Positions 1-9,200 of a stretch of DNA of 64,000 nt are shown in pieces (position 1 is the stretch's first letter; each line of letters opens with the position of its first letter). The notes below the pieces were generated by a model. It had not been told where the DNA came from. It saw only the letters and a list, made by a program, of their open reading frames with translations, and did no database searches. The stretch is taken from assembly GCF_037042905.1 (NCBI RefSeq), contig NC_087251.1, positions 2,358,001-2,422,000 on the forward strand. The letters run 5' to 3'. This stretch comes from Lytechinus pictus (Eukaryota). A program made the translations under genes and the position numbers.

Positions 1-81
1 AAATATTGAAAAATAACAGAACTTCTACACTTTAAATATGGTTATTTTCTACTGGGGTTCACTAACTTTTGAGCACCACTG
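1..81. mobile_element. Right end of a Tc1/mariner-like element
   Basis: Ends ggggttcactaacttttgagcaccactg (reverse complement CAGTGGTGCTCAAAAGTT, Tc1-like TIR); other end is outside the window. Confidence 0.45.
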
Positions 82-128
82 TGTATAATACATGTGATCT
101 AATAGAATGTATTATTGTGTATCTTCAG

Positions 129-244
129 TATTGGTTGCCCACCTGGACATTGTTGTACTGTGGCCAAACAGTTCTTACGCTGTACCCTTCATCAACTTGC
201 ACCTAATGGGGTTTTCCCTCAACTCTTCCTCAGCAAGATTGAAG
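129..244 (+). CDS. UNC79: UNC79 coding exon
   Basis: cttcag|...|gttagt; IGCPPGHCCTVAKQFLRCTLHQLAPNGVFPQLFLSKIE. Confidence 0.88.
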
Positions 245-3200
245 GTTAGTTCATCAGTCCACATCTCATGATGGTTTCATCAGTTTGGGTCATTATCAAC
301 ATTTGGGACCTTTCGCAAACCTTAGGGTCCCCTAGCACAAAAGTTAACGCTTAATCATACACTTGATTTTTTTTAATTTTTTTTTTTTAATTAATTTATT
401 TCCAATTCATTAAAAATACAAGTTGACATCATGATCATGTACAAACAAAGAGACAATAAAAATTAAAACATATCATTGAAACATAAATAAATACAGACGA
501 AAGTGATAATCAAAGTATTATTGCCAAATCATTGAAACAATATAAAAACAAGACGAGAGATAAATGAATGGGAAACAGGAGTGTACTAAAAAGCCAGGAG
601 AAGGCTTGTTAAAACGCACACACCCAAAATAAATAAATTCTTAAAATAATTGTAATATATGGATGCGGCAAGTAGCAAAAGAACAAAAACAAATAAAACA
701 AAAACATCAACATAAAAACATCAACAACAAGACATATAAAGCAAGTCTAATGGAAATTATAGTACGATGAGGATCTTAGTAACTTTGGATCAGTTTATTT
801 TTATATTGCTTTTTAAAAATATTATGAAAGGTAATATTAAATTGTTCAAGATTCAGACTATTCCATATTGTGGGACCAGTGTGACGCAGTGAAAATTTAG
901 ATAAGTCATTCTTGTAATTCCATCTGTGAAGTTTTCGTGAAGACCTTGTATAGTGATTATGTATATTACAATTGAAAGAAAACATATTCATTAATTGAGG
1001 AGAAAGGGTTCCAGTATGATACCGCTGCATTAAAGAAGCAATCTGTAGTTTATTAATATCTTGTAATTTAAGGGTTCTTAACAACTTAAATAGTTTCGAA
1101 GTAGGTGCTCTATAATCTGATCCCATACAAATACGTATAGCTTTTTTCTGTAATAAAAACAGTTTGTGTAGATGGCAAGAATATGTATTTCCCCATATTG
1201 AGTTACAATAGGTCAAATGTGATAAAATGAAAGCGTTAAAAAGAGTAAATAAAATGTTTTTTGGCAAGTCATATTTGAGTCGATTTAGAACTCCAATAAA
1301 ACGAGAAACCTTATTACAAATAAAATTAATGTGAACATCCCAACAGAGTGTGTTACTCAATATAACACCTAGAAATTGCACAGAGTCATAGAATTGGAGA
1401 CGGGTTCCGTCTATCTTTAAAACAATGTTGGAAGTATTATATTCACTTCGTGAATTGAAGTGTATCAGACTGAATTTTTTAGCCATCAAATTACCTACTA
1501 ATTCATTAAATTTTGAAGATAAATAGTATTTAGATGGTTCAGATGTATAGAGACCATCATCTTATTCGATATTTTCTAATATGTTGTCTTCAGAAATCGT
1601 AGATTTATGAACGTTTGTAATTTCATCTTGAGAGTGAAAGGTAGATAAAAACAAGGCCTCGAAATCAGTGTCGTCTAATTCGTAGAAGGGTAGAAAATGA
1701 GAAAAATTTGGTTCTTCGTTCGAATCTGAACAAGAGATATAGTTTAAGTCCTCAGTAGGAGTCAGATCAGTAATTACAGTGTTATTTTTTGACATTACGA
1801 ATACAACAAAAACAAAACAGGGCAAAACAAAAATCAAATTGAACAACAACAAAAAATCGAATCAAATATCAAATATTGTAAAATTGAAATGAGAATATGA
1901 GGGGAAAATCTTTCATTGGAATGCATCAGGAATGTCTAGTATTTATTGCACATCATACTAGTTTGCGTAGTTGTTCGAAGTGTTCATATACTTTCAAGGT
2001 CCTTTGTATTTCGTATGGATTTTTTGATCAACTTTCCTTGCGTAGCCGGTACAAGTGCAATTATTCTACCGTCGAAAGACCACGCATCCTTGACTTTCTT
2101 ATGACTTTTTGCCGCCCTCAGAAGTTCTTGATTGGTCTGAGTAAGTGCTTCATCAATGGCCATACCAGTTCCTTTCAGCCTTCGTCGAGCTCTGATCACT
2201 GCGTTGCGTGCCCGATACGTGCAGAATTTGACGATGATAGCGCGAGGCTTCTTATTCTTAGCGCCCTCTGTAGTTTCCTTCCTGTTAACGCTGGTGTTCC
2301 TTGGAGCCAAACGATGAGATCGGTCGAGGTCTGCTTTTGAAAGTGGCACACCGAGTTGCTCGCTCGCAATCCTACATACAACGTCATCTGTATTTTCGGA
2401 CTCACTCTCTCTGACTCCAAAAAACTTCAAACAATTGCGACGAGAATATTGTTCAGCTTCATTCATCGCTATTTTCATGTTGTTAATCGACGTTGATTGG
2501 TTGTCGAGAATGCCATTCAAACGATTAATCTCCTCCTCTCGAACTTTTAATGAGGCTTCAAGCTCCAGCAGCTTTCCTTCACTTTGCTCAATCCGTTCTA
2601 TTGTATCTGAATTAGTTTTCTCGAGATGGTCAAGGCGTGAAATGAGGGCGGAGATTTTTAAGATTGATTGTACATTATAGTCAATAGAATCTAACATAGA
2701 AAACTGCTCTACAATCAATGCTAAGCTTTGTGTTACAGGGGGTTACAGGCCCTACAGATCTGCTTTTCGTGTGCAAAATTCTTTCCAGCGACACCCGCAC
2801 CATACATGCATGTACATTACGACTGATGGCTGGAGATATTCGAAATGCAGGACCTACAATAGATTATGACATGGATAAGAAAGTGGTTATTCAAACAAAT
2901 CGAGTACATATTGAGTGAGGAAAAAGTTACTGAATTAAGGCTTAGGTATAGATCATTACAGTCCATTAAATCGATATTGCATTTAATGTGGATTATTGGT
3001 GGATCTCTGGCAATTGATTCCATGGGTCAAATCACCTCTCCAGCAGAAACCATTTCGCATGCGTTGATTATGTACACAGCATGTATACGTCTGAACAAGG
3101 AGTTACCTTGGTCTGAACACGTACCAGCCGAAGTTGCGGGGTTTTTTCTTTTGTTTACTCCTACACAAGCGATATGCCTCTAGCACACAATGTAATGGGC

Positions 3201-6200
3201 ATTATGTTTTACTTTCCCCAGAAATGGGGGATTAGATTCGAATTCCCGGGGGGACCACTTCCATTGATGAGTGGATACCAGGCACGACCATGCGGTTTCG
3301 AAAAGCACCCTAAACAAGGGAAGCAAGGCTTTTCCAGATTATGAAAATGCATCTCTTAACAAGTATTTAGCTTGTGAAACCCTACAAGTATTGAAAACAT
3401 ATCCTCCTTCCTTTTCAGTATTTAAAACATCGTTTTTGACACCCTTATAACGTTACATAGGCCTATACGTAACGTACTTGCCCACTCTTTCCCTTTTTAC
3501 GCGTGGTCGCGCCTGGTATCCACTCTTCAATGGAAGTGGGCCCCCCAGGCGGCCTCTCGAGCTCTGGGAGGAACCAAATGTGGCTTTGGAAAGTCGTCCT
3601 AAATCGGATATATCGCTGTTACCATAGTAGCAACCAGAATTTTGCACACGAAACGCAGATTGAATGTTTCCGTTCCAGATGCGAAACGAAAAAAAATCTC
3701 ATGTCACACAATTTGCATTGCAGGACAGAGTTTTACAACCATGATGATGAAACCAATGTCTCTTCCAGAATAAACTACCGTCGCAAATAAGCGTTCGCAT
3801 TCTCCAACGAAAGGTCGGGATTGTTTGATTAATACTTGTGATAAAACCATGTGGAAGACATGAGAAGACCTTTTGTCCTTGCATTTACTGTTCTTTTTTT
3901 TTAAACTAAACTTTATATCAGATCTTCCTTTCTCAATATTCAAACCTGATTTTGTCTCTTCAAATGTATACCATTATCTAGACGAAGATTTAAAAAAAAA
4001 CAGATTCTTTAGAAGGAATCTATTGACTGTAGTATATTATATCCTTTTTTCCTTTACATACAATTGTATTCTTTTTTTTTTTTGCTTGATTTCATCATTT
4101 ATTATATTTTAGATCAAAGCTTCCTACCTACAATGGCATCATCTCTTCAAGATTTCAATGAACTCAACCCAACTGAAGCTATCATTCATCTTCTTGAGGT
4201 TTGTCCTTACACTATCTTACATTCTCTTACAGTGTCATAATTTAGTATGATTATACTTGTTATATATTAAACCATATATGAGTTCTGCTATGAGAAAGAG
4301 TATAAAGGAATGTTCAAAGTAAGTTGGCATGACTCAAGAAAGGTAATCTAAAAGAAAATCATTGCTCTAACCAAAAGCAGCAAACTGAGAGTGGATACAA
4401 CAGGATTTTTTTTTTTGCTAACAAAGGGCATGTATATATGGATTTCCAAAAATAGAAGAAAAAAAATTTAAAAATATTTTAAGTCCAAAATTGCCTTTTT
4501 TCCCTTCAAAGTTAGTTCAGCAGGCAAAGCTTCATTGTGTGTTAATCAATGACATTTAAATGTATTCCTTTCTCACTTGCATTTGAGCAGGGACTGAATG
4601 ATAGACGTAACCTACCACCGCTACGTACCATGTTAGTATTAATGAACATGGCAAACTACATGGATTCATTACCCATTGAAGGCTCTACAGCTTGGGGTAA
4701 CCTTGTACCTCTCTTTGATACCTTCTTCAGAAAACTACTTACATCCATGCCTGAAAATGTAAGTTAGACATACCAATTGACAATTACTATCAAGATACTA
4801 TATGCATATAAACCTTTGTAGATCAATTCTTCATTTGCCCATAAAACACATGTGCATAAAACTGTATAGTCCATAGAAATGATGGGATATATTCAGGAAA
4901 TAAATGTAATTGTTAGACCCGATAGTCCATTTTATAATACATAGGGCAATAATATTGCTTCCAAGTGAGCAAAAAAATGCATTCATTAAATACTTCTGGC
5001 ATGTTTATCATGAACTCCAGAAATTAGACATTTAAAAAAAAATCTTTTGTTATTCATGCTAATGAAGAGATGAAGTTACCACAAGCATCAAACTTAGAAA
5101 ATATATTTGGCATACGTTTCAAAACAAAAAAATATTTACTCTGAATTACAAAGAATGGGATCAATTTACCCCTTCATATATCTTAATGATAAATAATGTG
5201 ATTAAAAAATTGTACTTACCTTTCTGTAATACATATTTTCTCTCTTCGTCACAGTGTGATGTTAATGATCTGTTCCGAATCTTTGAGGTCCTTCTGCGTA
5301 GTCCAGCCACAAAGAGTCTACCAACCTTGTTGGACCCTATGGGCAAACTGATTAGCTTTGCCATAGTGAGAGCTCGGTTTAAGCTCACTCATCTATTAGA
5401 GATCTGTACCCTCTGTAATAGGATCTTTGCAAAGGTAACAGCAGCTTTATTAGTCATCCTTTTGAATTCATCTACTATTTTATTCCATATTCTCATTATT
5501 CATGCTCTTCCTTTAATTTGACATTCATTAAAGATGTACTTTTTCATCTTTTTTTTCCTTCATGATTGGTTTAGCTCTGCATCCCTCTCTGAATTTATTT
5601 CTCATTCTTATTATTCTTCTCTCTATCCACTCATTCCATTTTGTCACAACTTCTCCACATCTATCTCTCTTTGTTTCTCTTGTGCATTATTGCAAGTTAG
5701 GTTGTGAATTACCCTGTTTGTTTGTAACAATACTTTGGGAGATATTAAACCAACCTCCTTTCCAGCACTATTAAAATATGACTTTCTGAAGAGAATGTAA
5801 AGGTAACCTAGAAACATTCATGCAAAGTTTCCCATCTTTCATATGATATAGGAGAGGGAGAAGCAGTCATTTGCACGGGTAGTGTCTCTAGAACTGGTCC
5901 AGGCTTTGAAGTTTAAGACCAATCTTCCTGATATCAACCTGATTCAATTAGTTCAGTTTGTTGTGATGGATGCAGGAGGAAAGATGAGTGACTTTGGTCA
6001 TATGGAGGCTGATATAGAGGTGGAGATGGCTATGGTAAGCACACAATTAAATCAATGCAGGTGATAATAAACCTCCTGGGAAACACATTTTAAAATGGTA
6101 ATGGTAAGCTAAGTTGCAATAGTTTGTATTCAACCTAGTAAGCATTGTGGAGAACAGTAGATGAGATGATAACCCTCACTGAGAATCAGAAAAATCAGAA

Positions 6201-9200
6201 GGAAGGTGATTAAATTATAATCCCATAGTAATGAGAGCAAAAGCTCATTTAATTTGGTCAACAACAAAAATAAATTAATAAAAAAATAAAATAAAAGCAC
6301 TTGCCCATATGGCACACTGGACATGGTGTGATTTTATTGATTTTATAAAGTGACAACCATATAACAAACGAAAAATGTTTGACAGATCAACTTATGCACA
6401 TGGTGTGACTATTCAATTAGGAATTACATAGTAATTTTCTATGTAATTTCTTTGTAATATATTCTCAGTCTGACTAAGGCAGAGACATTAATATCAATTG
6501 TGTGTAGTTGAGAATCCATCTAGTTTTTGTTTGATTTTACAGAACTCAACAGGAGCCACAGACTGTATGAGACAATATATCAGTGATGCTACCGAATACA
6601 TAGGAGATCTTCATACACTCACTAAAGTAAAGGTAGGAAATTATTTTACTTAAAGTATCTCTACAATTAACATATTTAGTAATTCATTAAGTTCTTAAAA
6701 ACAATAATGTTTTAGAAAATGTTACTGAGCTTTTGATACATAAATCATGATGATGTTGCATGAAACAGTCTACATTAAAAATTGAAAACTTAAGTTGGAA
6801 TAATTCTGCTATTGACTTAAAAACTCTGGTAAAAAGTAGCCTGAGTTTTCTCTGTTAAATAGTTTTATGTGACAGTACCCAGATCATGAATATCTGTTTG
6901 ATTTCTTTTGTAGAATAATCTTCGAGGAGGATCTCAGAATTTGAATGAGGATACTTTGGGTAGTCAACTGAAAGCTGGAGTAGCTCAGATAGTTGCTTTA
7001 GAGTTCACCAAGGCTAACGGTCGAGAAGGACCAAAGGCTATACAAAGATATCTACCATGGCTCTATCATCCACCATCCGCTGTTCAACAAGGGTAAGAAG
7101 AGAGTAAAGTCATTGATTGATTTTATTATGTCTTTAGATAGTGATCACCAACTTTGCATTGCCTAAAGAAAGTTCTACCAGATAGCATTTTTGGTTACCC
7201 CCTACTCCATCGTTATCAACCCTTAACTCTCTCTGTCTTTCTCTAATTCACTTTTTCTTGTAAATCCTTTTGTGATTTATTTCTTGTTTCACATGAGAGA
7301 TCTCTTTTTTTCCTGAATATTAGAATAATGTAAATGAATATTTTAGTATGCCTGCCGTATGGTCCCCTCAAGCATGAAGATTCAATTGGCGCATTATAGC
7401 TCATCATTTTTACTTTGTAGTAGAGTGATAGTAAGCAACATAAGGAAATATCACTATTTATGAATTTTATGAAGATTATCAATGAACTTTATTTATACAT
7501 CCCAGTTATGAATAATAAGTGCTTCTGCAAGACAAAAATTCCAACCCAATATCTAACCTCATGATTATTATTTTCTTTTTGCAGACCCAAGGAATTCATA
7601 GACTGCATTGCCCATGTTCGTCTGTTGTCTTGGTTATTACTTGGTTCCTTGACCCATGCAGCCCTCTGCCCACCATCCTTCACTAATAGTGGTTTGATCA
7701 GTCAGCCTATACCATTAGATGCTGGTAACCATATTGCTGATCACATACAGGTTATATTAGCAGGGTTTGCTGAGCAGTCTAAGGCTTCAGTTCTTCATAT
7801 GTCATCTTTATTCCATGCATTCATCCTCTGTCAGGTATGGAGGGTCATCAGAAGGCCACTATTGTTCACATATTCTGTTATTGGTTCAAATCAATCTTAA
7901 CTATGAACATATTCACTTGTTATTGGTTAAAATCAATCTTAACTATAGAATACCATTCATATAAGTTGCACTGTCAATAGGTAGTGTGTACCTGGGTAAG
8001 CACCTACTATTAGAACAATCATTGCCGTAGTCTGCTCAATTTGTGAAAAGGAATCTCTTGTCAGTTTGTATATATAAAAAAAGTGTATCTGCTTGTTTGC
8101 TTGATAATCCTAACCTTGTTTTGTATTTCATACTTTTACTGAATATTGCAATTTAAAAGTATGCCTGATAATAACAATAATAGTTGGATTTATGAAGTGA
8201 TTTTTGCCTGAGGATACAAAGCACTGCTATTATTACCCCGGCTTTAGCTGTGCTGCCATATAGCCGCTTAAGCATTCAAGGAATTTCTTCCTACTGGGGA
8301 CCCATTGATTCACCTCACCAGGGTTGAGTGCAGCACAATGTGGGTAAATTTCTTGCTGAAAGAAAATACGCCATGTCTGGGAATCGAACCCACGTTTCTC
8401 AGATTGAAAGAGGAGAGTCATAATCACTAGACCACAACGCACACAAGTAGTTGCTATAATCAATTTTTAAATTGCTTTACAGTACCTTCCCCCATGTTTA
8501 TATCAGTGTTGATTACATAATCATTTTTTCTATCAATATTAAACAGCTTTGGACAATGTACTGTGAGCAGATGGCATGTATGAATACTCCAAACTCTGAT
8601 GCTCATACATCAGCTACATTCAGTATTATGGATTTCTGGAGTAGAGTAACTCCTGGTGTACTACAGCTTCTCTCACACTCTAAAGTGGTAAGAATACACC
8701 TCATCATAGTCATCCATCATATTACTTCATTTATCTTACTTAAAATTAAGATTATAAAAATCTGGCTCCTTATTTGATATCAGTTATTTATGTCTTTATC
8801 AACATAAGTTTGTTTTATTATACAAAGTGGTCCCTGCACATTGTCTATTAGAATTATAGAATTGTTTATCTAACAGGTTAAGCTTGACTGCTCCATTGCC
8901 CTATAGATGTCAGCTTGTCATATATGTTCATGTTGGTCATTTGTCACATAACTAGGTTAAAGGAGCTTTGTTTTGTTTCAAATCCTATTTCTATTATTTT
9001 ATTATATTTTAAACCTTTTTTTCTTTACTATAATATTGTGATTTTATTCATGATAGTTGGCTGATATGGTGAACCTTCACTTCTTGAGCTTGATGGAAGC
9101 TCTCCAAGAATGCAACTCTTCTGTTTTAGCCAAGGTAAACTTATGAAGTCTGGTTTTATTTCAAACATAACATGACTCTGAGACATACAATATCTGTGTG

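Larger units (their letters stand above)
372..2652 (-). mobile_element. L2-group (Crack/Daphne-like) non-LTR retrotransposon, 5'-truncated, ORF2 internally deleted
   Basis: Poly(A) tail (T-run ~367-388), 3'UTR hairpin AAGCC-ttctcct-GGCTT (~590-608), ORF2 remnant, ORF1, and 7-bp TSD GATTTTT at 365-371 and 2653-2659. Confidence 0.88.
325..2752. mobile_element. ~140-bp MITE split by the LINE (pieces 325-371 and 2653-2752)
   Basis: Imperfect TIRs ccctagcacaaaagttaacgcttaatc / aatcaatgctaagctttgtgttacagg; removing the LINE and one TSD gives a continuous element; related partial copy at ~61702-61785. Confidence 0.7.

Noticed and set aside
1897..2340. 147-aa + strand ORF (also 2435-2680)
   Set aside because: Antisense shadow of LINE ORF1 with no recognisable motifs.
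2866..3183. 105-aa + strand ORF next to the LINE
   Set aside because: Outside the TSD-defined element, no motifs, and UNC79 splices in phase from 244 to 4113 without it.
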